The notes under the pieces were generated by a model that was not told the origin of the DNA, ran no database searches, and saw only the letters and a program-made list of their open reading frames with translations. From contig NIVC01003712.1 in NCBI GenBank assembly GCA_002269645.1, positions 24,335 through 81,146 of the forward strand: a DNA stretch of 56,812 nt, read 5' to 3'. Positions within the stretch are counted from its first letter, which is position 1, and every line of letters starts with the position of its first letter. This document shows positions 14,401 through 31,726 of this stretch, one piece after another. This DNA is from Macrostomum lignano. Its lineage: Eukaryota. Made by a program: the position numbers and the translations under genes.

Positions 14401-16686
14401 TGCATCAGATGCCTCATCTATCAGACTGGACAGACAGACACTACTGCATCAGATGACACATCTATCAGACTGGACAGACAGACACTACTGCATCAGATGC
14501 CACATCTATCAGACTGGACAGACAGACACTACTGCATCAGATGCCACATCTATCAGACTGGAGAGACAGACACTACTCCATCAGATTCCACATCTATCAG
14601 ACTGGACAGACAGACACTACTCCATCAGATGCCACATCTATCAGACTGGATAGACAGACACTACTCCATCAGATTCCACATCTATCAGACTGGACAGACA
14701 GACACTACTCCATCAGATGCCACATCTATCAGACTGGATAGACAGACACTACTCCATCAGATTCCACATCTATCAGACTGGACAGACAGACACTACTCCA
14801 TCAGATGCCACATCTATCAGACAGAGCACTCTCAGAACCCCTTACCTTAGCAGCTTCGCCTTTGCAGGCAATATTAGGAATGATGCCAAATACAGTCTGA
14901 ATTTTCATGATCGCGCGAGACAAATAGTGCAGAGAGGAGATGTCGCTTTTCAAATGATAGTCCTGTAAAACGTGACAGACAGGTGGCAGAGCTCAAACTA
15001 TCATAAGGAAAATAACAATGAAAAAACGTTGTCTAACCCGAAAGGCATTTGGCCAATCGCAGAGCAGCAGGTCATTGTCAAACGGCAGCAAGTCGAGTTG
15101 AAATTCGGTCAGTTGGACTCGGTTTAAATCGACTTTAAGCTCGCGAAGCAGGTTCTCGCACGGAATAGTCTTGTTTGGCACGAAAACGATTGCTGCGGAC
15201 TTGCTGGTGGGTAGCTTGGACCTTTAAGGAGTGCAAAGTACAATTGTTAACGCAATAAGAAGCTAGCTGGGATCTTGATTGCACTTTAGCGAGTCACAAT
15301 GGCCTGGATCTAGCTGGGATCTTAATTGCACTTTTAGCGAGTCACAATGGCCTGGATCTAGCTGGGATCATGACTACACTTTAGCGAGTCACAATGGCCT
15401 GGATCTAGCTGGGATCATGACTACACTTTAGCGAGTCACAATGGCCTTTAGGATCTAGCTGGGATCTTAATTGCACTTTAGCGAGTCACAATGGCCTGGA
15501 TCTAGCTGGGATCTTAATTGCACTTTAGCGAGTCACAATAGCCTGAATCTAGCTGGGATCTTAATTGCACTTTAGCGAGTTACAATGGCCTGGATCTAGC
15601 TGGGATCTTAATTGCACTTTAGCGAGTCACAATGGCCTGGATCTAGCTGGGATCTTAATTGCACTTTTAGCGAGTCACAATGGCCTGGATCTAGCTGGGA
15701 TCTTGATTGCACTTTTAGCGAGTCACAATGGCCTTTAGGATCTAGCTGGGATCTTGATTACACTTTAGCGAGTCACAATAGCCTGAATCTAGCTGGGATC
15801 TTAATTGCACTTTAGCGAGTCACAATGGCCTGGATTTAGCTGGGATCTTAATTGCACTTTAGCGAGTCACAATGGCCTGGATCTAGCTGGGATCTTAATT
15901 GCACATTAGCGAGTCAAAATGGCCTGGATCTAGCTGGGATCATGACTACACTTTAGCGAGTCACAATGGCCTTTAGGATCTAGCTGGGATCTTAATTGCA
16001 CTTTAGCGAGTCACAATGGCCTGGATCTAGCTGGGATCTTAATTGCACTTTAGCGAGTCACAATGGCCTGGATCTAGCTGGGATCTTGATTACACTTTAG
16101 CGAATCACAATGGCCTGGATCTGGCTGGGATCTTGATTACACTTTAGCGAGTCACAATGCCCTGGATCTAGCTGGGATCTTTATTGCACTTTTAGCGAGT
16201 CACAATAGTCTGAATCTAGCTGGGATCTTAATTGCAGTTCAGTGGGATTCAGCTTAGAAATAATGGACGCAGTGTGGGTTTCAAACAAAACTTGAAAGAC
16301 TCACTTGTCATTGACATATGTGGCGACATATTTGATAATAGTTGGGTCTGGTCGCACAAGGAATACAGCCATATCGCATTCGGCTGGCACAGTGCCAATG
16401 CTGCCTGTAGCCTCTATTGAGTACATTGTGTGCACTTTATGCTGCTTGAGCGAATTGGTATCAACAACCATGTTTACTGGCGTCATTAGTGGCTTGTCCC
16501 AAACCAGAAGAAGCTAGGAGTTTATAAAAAAGAATATATATGTAGCATAGTTTCTATTTAAGATAGATAAAAATTAAAGTAGATAATTTGATCACTTACA
16601 TTTTTTCCTTTCAAAGAATCGAGCAGTGCCAGAAGCTCATTGCAAAGCAGGTCCTTTAGCCTGCCAACATTGCCTAGATGGCTCAT
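8619..16686 (-). CDS. VPS33A: Vacuolar protein sorting 33A (Sec1/Munc18 family, HOPS/CORVET subunit); 10 exons: 16686-16600, 16513-16305, 15221-15038, 14962-14846, 12935-12758, 12344-12184, 11856-11524, 10510-10204, 9807-9691, 8719-8619; 597 aa
   Basis: All introns are GT-AG and phase-consistent; 1794 nt in total. The peptide follows VPS33A throughout: [131 protein letters not shown]. Confidence 0.95.
8790..9620. repeat. 23-24-bp G-rich tandem repeat (GATGGGGGATGGGGAAGGGAAGCG) in VPS33A intron 9
   Basis: Direct inspection. It produces open frames on both strands. Confidence 0.93.
9871..10137. repeat. 35-bp minisatellite (ACTGGTCATAAACTCCAAGGAAATGGGTGTCTCAT), ~7.5 copies, VPS33A intron 8
   Basis: Period 35 (actggtc at 9872 and 9907). 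Confidence 0.93.
10560..11500. repeat. (GACA)n microsatellite with GACACTCA and CAGGGA interruptions, VPS33A intron 7
   Basis: Direct inspection. Source of the SVCL-repeat ORFs. Confidence 0.97.
11890..12030. repeat. 21-24-bp repeat (CAGGGGAATTCGGTGCTTTTG), VPS33A intron 6
   Basis: About 5-6 degenerate copies by direct inspection. Confidence 0.8.
13010..14822. repeat. 44-bp minisatellite (TATCAGACTGGACAGACAGACACTACTGCATCAGGTGCCACATC), ~41 copies, VPS33A intron 4
   Basis: Period 44, contiguous with no spacers. Repeat ORFs start 88 nt apart. Confidence 0.97.
15264..16235. repeat. 47-48-bp minisatellite (GATCTAGCTGGGATCTTAATTGCACTTTAGCGAGTCACAATGGCCTG), ~20 copies, VPS33A intron 2
   Basis: gatcta recurs at 15307, 15355 and 15402. 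Confidence 0.95.
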
Positions 16687-19600
16687 GCTTGTATTATTAG
16701 CTGAAAGGAAAATTGAATAAAGAAACATACATAGGAATGTACTAGTAAAATTTGGGATAAATGCAAACAGTTTAAAAAACACAATTTTCCATATTTGCAA
16801 ATCTATAAATGCCATATTTAGAAGATTTTCTAATATACATAAGCTTAAAAATGGTATACATTTTGGTATGAATATAGTGACCATACAAAGGCCATACAAT
16901 GCTATACTTTTGGCATGCTATAACTTTATATATATACATGTAATAAAGACAAGCAAATAGTGAGTGACATATATACAAAGTCTAGTAGTATGCATATAAA
17001 TGTGAAATTTGTATTTAATTTGAATAACCAAAACAAAAAGATTATGTGCATGCATGAATACAACACAAATGTATAACCTACCATATGCACAATGATATAA
17101 AATTAATTATAACAATATAAATGGCAATGTTATAGTATTTAACAAGCACTATTGCTCATATATTTTTAAAAAATTATTTCATAGATAAAAAGTTTTAATA
17201 CTTTATTTAATTCTTTTATTTAGTATACATAAAAGATATATATTTAAAAAATCTATGATAGTATACTAATATACACTTTAATAATAGGGATTCCAGTGAG
17301 ATTTTGAAAGTTATTTTTTATATTTTTAGATTTGATAAATCTTATTTGCCCAAGCAAAAAGACATTTCAATTTTGAAAAAAAATTAGTCAAGTAATAAAA
17401 AAGTTACAAAACTTTTTGTATTTTAAATTTTCAATATTTTCAAATTGAAAATAAAAAATTGAAATTGAAAAATTGAAATTGAATAAAAAATTCAAATTGA
17501 AAATTGAAATCGAAATTTTCAAATTTTCAAAATACATTATAAATTTATATAATGTATTTTGCTAATGAAGCATTCCATACCATACATGCCCAACCTCAAA
17601 ATTTCACCCATCCAATGCAACTTAGTTTTGTCCAGATTTGCGACTTAGTTCCTCCTAATTGCAAATTAGTTCCTCTCTATTGCAACTTAGTTCCCCTGAT
17701 TGCAACTTAATTTTCACTTTGTATATGACTTTTCTTGTCTTTTTCTCTTTTCTTCTCTTTCTCTTCCTCTCTCTCTCTTCTCCTTCCTTTCTTTTTCTTT
17801 TCTCTTTATCTCCTTTCTTTCTTCCCCAATTTTTTTGTTTTTTTGCATTTTCAATTTTGCAACTTACCTTGGCTGGTGGCCCTTTTACCCATCTAGTTTG
17901 GATGGGTTGGATGGGTGTTAGGCATGTATGAACATGCTTGGGCGCAACCGAGGGATTTACCTGGCCATTTCTATTGACAACACACACATGTAAGTTGCTA
18001 TTCGATAGAATAGTAGTCACGTGACTATTCTTAGCCAATAGTGACTTACATGTATGTGTTGCCAATAGAAATGGCCAAGTGATTCCCAAGGCTGCACATG
18101 TATATGTATGAAGCATTGTGATAATTATTGCTCAAAAACATTTTTATTAAATATTTTTATCACTTTTGTATATAACTAGTCTTTATATCCAATATATCAT
18201 TTTAGCTATTTTATCTTAAGAACCTAAAAAAGGACAATATATCGAAATAGCAATAGTCAATAGGGTGACAGTATATTATGATTATATGATTATGTGAACT
18301 TGTAATTCTAATAAATATAATGCAATCATCACGCTTTTGAGCTATAGCTTTTTATGTTTATTTATGAATGAGAATAATTCTAATAATAGGCCTGCAACAA
18401 AAATAGCCAAAACCTTTGCAACAATATATACAAAAGCCAGCCTAAATTGCATAGAAAAATATTCAGATTTATAGAAAAGCAAAAATCAATACTAAATTTA
18501 TTTAACAATGCATTTTGCATAATATCATGCATCTTTAGGTTTATTTTGAGCAAAAGAAGCAAATGATATTAAAAGTAAATAAATACAAAGTTTGGGGTAT
18601 AAATTTAATCAATATTTTAAGTACATGTTTGTTGGTCTATAAGTTAAGAGGCAAAGTCTAGGGATAGATTGATAGTTATGTAGTTAAAATTATAGAATGT
18701 ATAACCAGTGCCTTCTCCCTCAAAACACACGGAGAACATGGCCTGCGCCACTGTTTATACCCCAAAACTATATTTATTTACTTCCAATCTCACTCATTAC
18801 TTTTGCTCAAAATAAACCTGAAGATGCACAATATCAAGCAAAATGCATAGTTAAATTATTTTAATATTGATTGTCACTTTTCTATTCATCTTACTTGCCA
18901 AGTGGGCAACTTTACCTGAATTACTGAATATTCAGATTTAGTTACATAGATTGTATTAAAACTACACAGCTTAAACAAAATGATAAATTAATTTTCACTT
19001 TTTCAGATTGCCTGTCTCTAGGGGGCTTGAGAAGACTGCTTGCAACTGGCAGCTGATGGAGCTAAAAATAAAAGAAAAGGATAATTGGTTGATTTTTTGC
19101 AAACTAGAAAAAAATCAACTACCCAAATCCAAGCATTTTTAAACATGTAATTAAGTTTATTTCCCATTCTCAATATTTCTTCTTTAAAAATAGTCCAGTC
19201 TAGATCTTGTAGAGAGCTTATGCCAGGACGAGATCCTCTTTCCAAATACAATTACAAGGCTTTACCTGCCAGGTAAAAATAGCACCACTGTATCTGTTTT
19301 ATTAATATTATTTCGATCAGACTCGGTCTTATTAAGCTAGTTGTTAGACTAGTGCTAGCCGCTACCAGATCAGAGTCATCAGACTAATAGTTCAGTTTAG
19401 TTCAGCTTGAGCTAATGATTTTCGCTCATCAACCGACGTTAGTTTGACTCAGTTGATGCTGAGTTAAATTAAGCTAAGCAAAAGCTGAGATAACTATACC
19501 AGCATATTAAATGCAAATCGGTCAAAAACAAAATAAAATATTAATTCTAACAATTAGGCAGAGTCGGGCCAAAAAGCTTATATCACTTCTCAGAAAAAAT

Positions 19601-19957
19601 TAGGTTTAAAAATTCACAGACACTTGTACAATGCAATTTAAACTATCTGAACCATAAAAAATAATAAATAAATAAGTTTCAAATGTTAATTGCTTTGCTA
19701 CAAAGTTTTATGTTTTACTATGGTATATTAATATGTTTTTTGTTTATATGCAAAGTTTTAAATATTGCAAAGTAAAGTTTCTGAGAATACTTTTTTCCTT
19801 GCAGACAACATAAGTATCATCTTTTTGACCCAAATTGTAATTATAGTTATTAATATTACCGGTGACAAAGATAGAAATAGTAAACAGGTTAAGAAGAAAG
19901 GTTAATTTACTAGACCAATAATTAATAATCTGTATCAACTTTTTTCTAAATTAAACT
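16687..19957. promoter_or_regulatory. AT-rich, CpG-poor divergent (head-to-head) intergenic region between VPS33A and PSMD6
   Basis: The two start codons point away from each other, 3.27 kb apart. Promoter function is inferred from position only. Confidence 0.45.
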
Positions 19958-22900
19958 ATGCCTCTGGAAGACTTTGAAGAAGAAGGGTTAGAGAAGATTC
20001 CTGATCTTAAATTGGCCCAGAAAGTGTTTTTGGCTTCACTACCTGATTTCAAGAATAATGCTGAATTGCAGAACCAGATTTTGTCTGTTGTCAAGGCATC
20101 AAGTAAGTTGTACATTATTTATTAGAGCATATATTATTTTATATTTGTATATTTTAGTAATTTGGCAGTTATTAAATGAAATTATGAGGGTGGTTCAAAA
20201 TTTTTAGTCATTCAGCCATTTTTTAGGCTTTTTTGTGATTTTTTGCATTATTATTTAGCATTTTATGAAATATGTAGAGTATAGACATAGTATTTTCTTT
20301 TTATCTTCTTTCAACTATATCTTTTCTATATAAACTCTTGGATTTTTAGCAAAATAGACAAGCAAGAATAGCCTTGCTTGTTCATATTATTATTTTCACT
20401 TGTTACTGAAGTGGCTATTGCCAAAGTGGCTACTACCAAAATGGACTATTACCTCAATTTGAAATCATACTTGGTCATTAGTATATATAAAATTCTAATC
20501 AAGAAATAATCTAGTTAAGAACCAATTTAACCAAACCCAATTTAGAAAAGTTAATGTACAAAATTTGATGGATACTGTAAAAATTATATTCTATATACAT
20601 TGATTATTCTAGTTTAGTTTATATTGCAAATTGTATTATATATACTGGAAAGTATCTGGCTTTCTAGTTAAGTGTATACTAATAAAGTATGCCATTTAAT
20701 TCATTCTAGTAAATTGTATGCCAATAAAAAATGCATGGTTAACAAGCATTGAAACAATGCCACAAGTAATAGGTGCAACAAATAATTGTTACATAGAATA
20801 ACAAAACCTACAACCTACTTTTTCGCTTTGAAAGGGCTAAGGCTGATATAAATTGAAGAAAAGATTAAGGTATAATAAGATTAGTTCCCAATAGATATCC
20901 TAAATGCTTTTATGGGACTATAAGCAGAATTGGCTCCACTTTTGCTGGCTTATGCTTGACCTTTACAATGAGAACCCAGATAGATTTGAGCAATAAATCA
21001 TAACTAGGGACAAATATTAGATCTACCACTATGATCCTAAGTTTAAGTGAGATTCTATAGAGTAGTGGTGCCCTAAGAAAAGGGCTCTCTGCAAGTTTAA
21101 GCAAGCAGAGTCAGCTGGCAAGATCTTGGGCTATTTCTTTTAGGACTATCAAGGGATCTTGCTTGCCAAGTACCTGTCTATAGGATATACTGTCACAGGT
21201 GTCTAGTATATTGAATAGCTAGGCTGGCTTCAAGCAGTTATCTAGAAAAGATAGGGGAAGCTAAGTGCTAGCCCTTTGCTACTTTATGACAATGCCCCAG
21301 CTCATAACTACCCAGGTTATGGTGAATATTACCAGCATTACAAGGTTCAAAGTCCTTCCTTATCTAGCTTATTCACCAGATCTAACACCTTCCAATTTAT
21401 TTCTATTCTATTGGCTCAAGTGGCCACTCTGTGGCTACCATTTTTAAGTCCAACAAAGGACATTTCCATTAAGCATAATAATAATATATAATATAATATA
21501 TATAATATCTAGATCATGCAGGTAGATGCCTTAGCCAATTATTATAATTTTATTTTAGATAGATCCCTTTGGAAACACTATGTAGTAAAAAAGAGAAAAG
21601 GAATACTCATAGTTTATAAGAGTATCTCATAGCCTATGATAGAGATATAAAATATGCCTATGACTAGGACATAAGATAGGTCCTTGCATAACTAAGTGTG
21701 CAAGTGGCAAGTGTTAATTTTTAATGAATACAAGAATAAAACATGCAATGTAGTATAGTACCTTTGCTTTTATGCTTGCTTGCTCCCTTACCCCCACTGC
21801 TGCTTGGTTAGCAAGATTTGTCTGATTTGATAGCCTTTGCAGACCTACTAAATATAAAAGCTAAACAAATATTCCTCAATAAAAGGCAATGCAGTATAAA
21901 TAGCTAAGATATTTATATATCTTGGCTAATTAATGCATTTAAAAACCTTGTATGCTAAAAATGATGTTGCCATTTGTTATGTCTAATTAAATTAGCAAAA
22001 TAAAAATAATAAGCATCAAATAAACAGACAATAAACAATAATAATAGTCATTTTCAAGTTGGTATTTTATTTATTATATAAGGGCAATGCTTTGGTTATC
22101 AAATTGATTAGTTCCATAGCTAAGATAACAACTAATTTAATAATGTACAATAAAGCAGCAGGGTATATAAGCCATATAGCTTTTTGCTTAATTAGCTTGA
22201 TGCACTTTTAATAAGTCACTTATATTAGATATTTGTAGCTGTGTAGCTGAAGAACTAAGAAAGAGAAACATTTATTTTAAATAATTTCCTTTAGTTTTGG
22301 CCATAGACAATTAACAACTTGACTAGTTTAAAAGTTTAAAATTTAAACCATAGGCTATATGCTATGCTATGTAGACACAAATTTAAACCCAGAAAAAATA
22401 TTGTAAAACAAATGATGATATGTCTATATCTCTACCTATAAAAATGAAAACTCTGTGTGTCTTAACTTCTAAGTACAAGTTTTATTTTAAATTGAATAGC
22501 CCTATAAGTGTTTTTGACTTTTTCAATTTCAATTTAAGCTTTTTCAATTGGCTATATTATTCAGCTTAGCCCACAAAACAATGTATAGGCCTGGAGCTAG
22601 TAAAGACTTTTTAATAGGGTATAGTTAACCCGTTGGATTTTGAGTTTTTAAAGTAGGCATGAAAGGTGAAAAGTTTTACACCGTCTGCCTCACTTTCGCC
22701 TCTTTTATGCCTATTTTGTGTCACTTGTGCACCGCGTGTTCACCTGAGTGCCTCTGCAGGGTCAGAAGGTGAATATAAGGCACGAAATAGGCGGTAGGGG
22801 CACAGGTGTCATAGGGGAGTTCGGTGTATTAAAGGTGCACAGTGTGTATTGGAGGCACAAAAGGTGAACAAAGTAGGAATTGGGGGCATTGGTGGAGTGA

Positions 22901-25900
22901 AAGGTGAAAAAAAGGTGCGCTGTGGTGGAGGTGCATAAAAAGTGTACAGTGTGCACTGGAGGCACGAAAGGTGAATAAAGGTGCACAGTGTGCATTGGAG
23001 GCACAAAAGGTGAACAAAGTAGGAATTGGGGGCATTGGTGGAGTGAAAGGTGAAAAAAAGGTGCGCTGTGGTGGAGGTGCATAAAAAGTGTACAGTGTGC
23101 ACTGGAGGCACGAAAGGTGAATAAAGGTGCACAGTGTGCATTGGAGGCACAAAAGGTGAACAAACGGTGCACAGTGGGCACTTTAGGTGTAGAGGCAATG
23201 CAAGGGGCGTTCCAACTTGCGAAAATTCTTTGCTACTTTTCCTTACTATTCTTTAAACAGATTCAAAGCTTTTCATCACTTTTCGGAACTTTTCCTGAGT
23301 ATTTGAAAGTTATTAAAACTTATCAGTACAGGAAATGTTTACTTTCGTGGTTTGTCAGGATCAGGAAGGGGATAGCAGCGATTAGTATAGGTGTAAATAA
23401 AGCTTTTCTATGTTCGATCTGTGCGTGCAATATACGAGTATGTAACTCTCAGTTAATTTTTTGTTACAAATTATTAATGCGTTAATTCGTGCATAGGCAT
23501 GGAAGGTGAGCGAGGTGCACAGAAGAGGCACTTTTGGGGTCTATTTCGAGCGTGTTTTGGAAATGCACCTGTATACATATTTACGCTGCAACATGTACAC
23601 CTTATGCACCTCTGATTCACCTTTTGTGCACTTTCTGCGCCCCTTCAGCACCTTTACTGCCCCTACCGCCGCAGCCAATCAAAATTGAGAATTCACCTAC
23701 TGCCTGACCACTTCACCGATTTTACACCTTTCATGCCTCTTTTCAAAAATATTGGTGACATTTAGGCATAAAAGGTGCACTCAGGTGCATTTCCAAAACA
23801 CACACGAAATAGGCCACCAAAGTGCCTCTTTTGTGCACCTCGCTCACCTTTTGTGCCTCTGCAGGTGCATAACTTTTCCAACGGGTAATTTTTTAAAATT
23901 ATGAGAAAACATTTTTTATTTAAATGTGCAATCTTTTAATCATTTGGTCACTTCAATAAACATATAATCAGTTGTTACAAGCACTGAAAGAAATTTAAAC
24001 ATCAATCTAGCTTCTACATAGCATCAACCAAATCTAAGTGAATTGCCAGTACTGTCTGAATATACAAGCAGGATTAGCATTATGTTAATGAAATAAGACA
24101 GTGACTGGAACATACAAATTACCAATGCACAGACATGGCCCCATACTACGAGCACATCTGCCAGCACCTGGGCTGGCGCACCGACCAGGCCCTGCTAGGC
24201 GAGATGCGCCAAGCCAATAAAACTCGCTTAGCCGAATTAGACGCTAAAATACGCGAAGCCGAGGAGACCCAAGGCGAAGCCGAGGTTCGCAATAGTATGC
24301 GCGACAAAGCCTACTATTTTAGTAGTATCGGCGACAAAGCTGACTCACTGGCTATGCTCAGGCAGGTGTTCGAGAAGACGGCCATGTCTGGTTACCGGCT
24401 CGATCTGATCTTCCACCAGATTCGTCTGGGCTTCTTTTTCAACGATCACGACCTGATCACTAGGAACATCGACAGGGCGGCCACTCTGGTTGAGGAGGGC
24501 GGCGATTGGGACAGGCGGAATCGGCTTCGCGTGTACAAAGGCTTGCACTGCATGAGCGTTCGAGATTTCAGCACCGCCGCCGGCTTGTTCCTGGAAACTG
24601 TGGCCACCTTCACTAGCTACGAGCTGATGGACTACAAGGACTTTATTACCTACACGGTGATGTGCGCTATGATTGCCCTGGATCGGCCAGATTTGCGCGA
24701 CAAAGTTGTACGCGGCTCCGAGATATTGCAGATTCTGCACAGCCTGCCAGAGGTTAAAGCGTATTTAGATTCACTCTATCAGTGTCACTATGCTGAGTTC
24801 TTTCGCTATCTGGCCGGCGTTGAGATCTTTCTGCAGAGGGATAGATACCTGCATCAGCACGCTACGTGAGTTTTCTTGTTTTTTGTTTTTGTCACCTTTG
24901 AGAATCGCCTCAGTCCCTCTCCAGGTTAGACAGAAAATCAGCCTTGAGAATCGCCTCAGTCCCTCTCCAGGTTAGACAGAAAATCGCTCTCAAGAATGAC
25001 CAATGCACAATAGCGAAGCATCGCACACCACCGCAGGTACTACGTGAAGGAGATGCGCATCAAGGCTTACACGCAGCAGCTGGAGTCCTACCGCAGCCTG
25101 ACCCTGGACTACATGGCTAAATCGTTCGGCGTGTCGGTGGAATTCATCGACAAAGAGCTGTCCCGCTTTATTGCCGCCGGCCGACTTACCTGTAAAATTG
25201 ATCAGGTTAGCCGTATTATCGAGACGACCCGACCTGACAGTAAAAATCATCAGTACCAGGTGAGCCTTTTTGAATCTTATCTAATGTTATTTAGTTACCT
25301 ATTTGTGATTTCGTAATTACCGAATTGTAATTTCTAAGAGATCCCACTCCGAGAGATCCCACTCCAAGAGATCCCACTCCAAGACATCACCCAAAGAGAT
25401 CCCAACCCAAGAGATCCCACTCCGAGAGATCCCACTCCAAGAGATCCCACTCCAAGACATCACCCAAAGAGATCCCAACCCAAGAGATCCCACTCCGAGA
25501 GATCCCACTCCAAGACATCACCCAAAGAGATCCCAACCCAAGAGATCCCACTCCGAGAGATCCCACTCCAAGAGATCCCACTCCAAGACATCACCCAAAG
25601 AGATCCCAACCCAAGAGATCCCACTCCGAGAGATCCCATTCCAAAAGATCCCACTACTAGATATCCCACTCCGAGAGATCCCATTCCAAGAGATCCCACT
25701 ACAAGAGATCTCACTACAAGAGATCCCACTACTAGAGATCCCACTCCAAGAGATCCCACTCCAAGAGATCCCACTCCAAGACATCACCCAAAGAGATCCC
25801 AACCCAAGAGATCCCACTCCGAGAGATCCCATTCCAAAAGATCCCACTACTAGATATCCCACTCCGAGAGATCCCATTCCAAGAGATCCCACTACAAGAG

Positions 25901-26230
25901 ATCTCACTACAAGAGATCCCACTACTAGAGATCCCACTCCTAAAGAACCCACTCCGAAAGATCCCATTTAAAAATCCCAACCCAAAAGATCCCACTCCGT
26001 GAGATCCTCAATCCCAGTTAAATGGCATCCCTCGGGAAATTGCTCTTAGCAGATAAGGCCTAGGGGGTGAAATCCCGGTCAGTTGAATCGAAGTCTCGTG
26101 CTCCTTTTGCTTTCGCTTATTTATCTATGCTATATTCTACCCTTAACACCTGCTCTTCCAGCTGGTCATCAAGCATGGGGACACCCTGTTAAACCGTCTG
26201 CAAAAGCTTAGCCGCGTGATCAACATCTGA
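19958..26230 (+). CDS. PSMD6: 26S proteasome non-ATPase regulatory subunit 6 (RPN7); exons 19958-20102, 24133-24865, 25037-25259, 26162-26230; 389 aa
   Basis: Phase-consistent GT-AG model of 1170 nt. Reads [21 protein letters not shown]...NMAPYYE...[17 protein letters not shown]...FTSYELMDY...[23 protein letters not shown]...[11 protein letters not shown]...[32 protein letters not shown]. Confidence 0.97.
20940..21450 (+). pseudogene. Decayed mariner (Tc1/mariner DD34D) transposase fragment in PSMD6 intron 1
   Basis: The frame from 20997 reads [20 protein letters not shown]...[17 protein letters not shown]...GYTVTGV*YIE*L...[19 protein letters not shown]. After a frameshift it reads [21 protein letters not shown]. 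These match the mariner motifs IVTGDETW, VFWD, HDNAPAH and YSPDLAPSD. There are 8 in-frame stops. Confidence 0.9.
22629..23885. mobile_element. Non-autonomous DNA transposon, piggyBac-like ends, in PSMD6 intron 1
   Basis: TTAA|CCCGTTGGA at 22625-22637 and TCCAACGGG|TAAT at 23877-23889 (right target site one T short of TTAA). Internal 146-bp tandem unit at 22831, 22977 and 23123. Internal ~69-bp inverted arms at 23503-23571 and 23782-23850. No coding capacity. Confidence 0.6.
25335..26005. repeat. 15-bp-based repeat (AAGAGATCCCACTCC and variants) with higher-order blocks, PSMD6 intron 3
   Basis: Direct inspection. Confidence 0.9.
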
Positions 26231-27242
26231 GTCCCTTTTCTTTTTTGCTAAGCCATGGCTAAGGCTTATCTGAATAAGTGCGGACTTGATAAACACACTC
26301 CTCCCTTAAACTTGTTACTAAGCTGCGTTATGTCCACAATTTATTTACTTTTAATCTACTACTATGAGTAGTGCAAGCTCCCCATGAAAAAATGAATGCT
26401 AAATGCGTATTGATTGCTAGCCTATGCTGTCTTTATTCTCTGTCCTAATATTGCTCTTGTGCATCGCTTGTAGGTGTCACTTACCTGACAACTAAATGCT
26501 CAACCAGTTCGAGTAGCAACATAACCTGAAGGCACCGTTTCTATCTCTGTTATTAATCAGTTAATCCATAATAAAATAATACACACAGCAACGTGCACGC
26601 CTATGCTGCTGCGCATTTTGTCTCTCTTCAACTGTCTGAATTTTGAGCCCCAATTCTTTTTCAAAACAGTCTTTGTTGTTCACTTGGTCAAATTGATGCG
26701 GTGTGTCTCCGGTTTGGAATCAATTATTAGATATAGTCACGTGTGTCATTTTTATCATTTTGGTATATAGGACTACGCTTAACAGACTACTAGCATGAGT
26801 AGCCAAAAAAGTTTTTAAATAGGTTGTGTTTAGAGTGTAGCTCGTATTGCTCGGATCTATCTAGCTAAATAAATATTCCAGATAGCCCAGCCTTTAGCGA
26901 AGGTGTTGGAAAACTTTTTAACTCGAGAGCCAGATAGAGAACCCAGCGCTTGGCTGCGGGCCAAAGGAGGGGAGAGAGGAAAGATAAGAAAAAGGAGAGG
27001 CAAGGGGATAAAGGAGAAGTTAGAAGAGAAATGAAATAGGAGATGAGATGAGAGAAGGGAGAGGAGAGAAAGGAAAGGAGCGGACCCTTAAGGCCTTATA
27101 GGGAAGCTCTGTGGGCTGCATGTGGCACGCGGGTAGGAGTTTGCAGACACCTGCTTTAGTCAGTAGTCCCGACTCTTCTATAATCTTATTTTAAAATATA
27201 ATTATTTAATATTTCAGCGCGGCGCCCGCTGCCCCAGCCCGC

Positions 27243-31596
<4,354 letters not shown>

Positions 31597-31726
31597 CCAT
31601 GGAACGAATTCGCTAATCAAACATCTGAAGGGTAGGTCGGGCTTGTTCTGTTTTCCTGTTATTTACATTTTGGTTAAATTTTAGTAAGCGTTGCTAACGT
31701 TGTCAGTTGCTGCGCTAGCTATGGTA

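Noticed and set aside
13010-14822. 44-bp repeats as a CRISPR array
   Set aside because: The units are contiguous with no unique spacers, they are intronic in a eukaryotic gene, and no cas genes are present.
24890-24990. Duplicated CCCTCTCCAG|GTTAGA as recursive splice sites in PSMD6 intron 2
   Set aside because: The intron is only 171 nt and the motif is a local two-copy duplication, so recursive splicing is unnecessary and unsupported.
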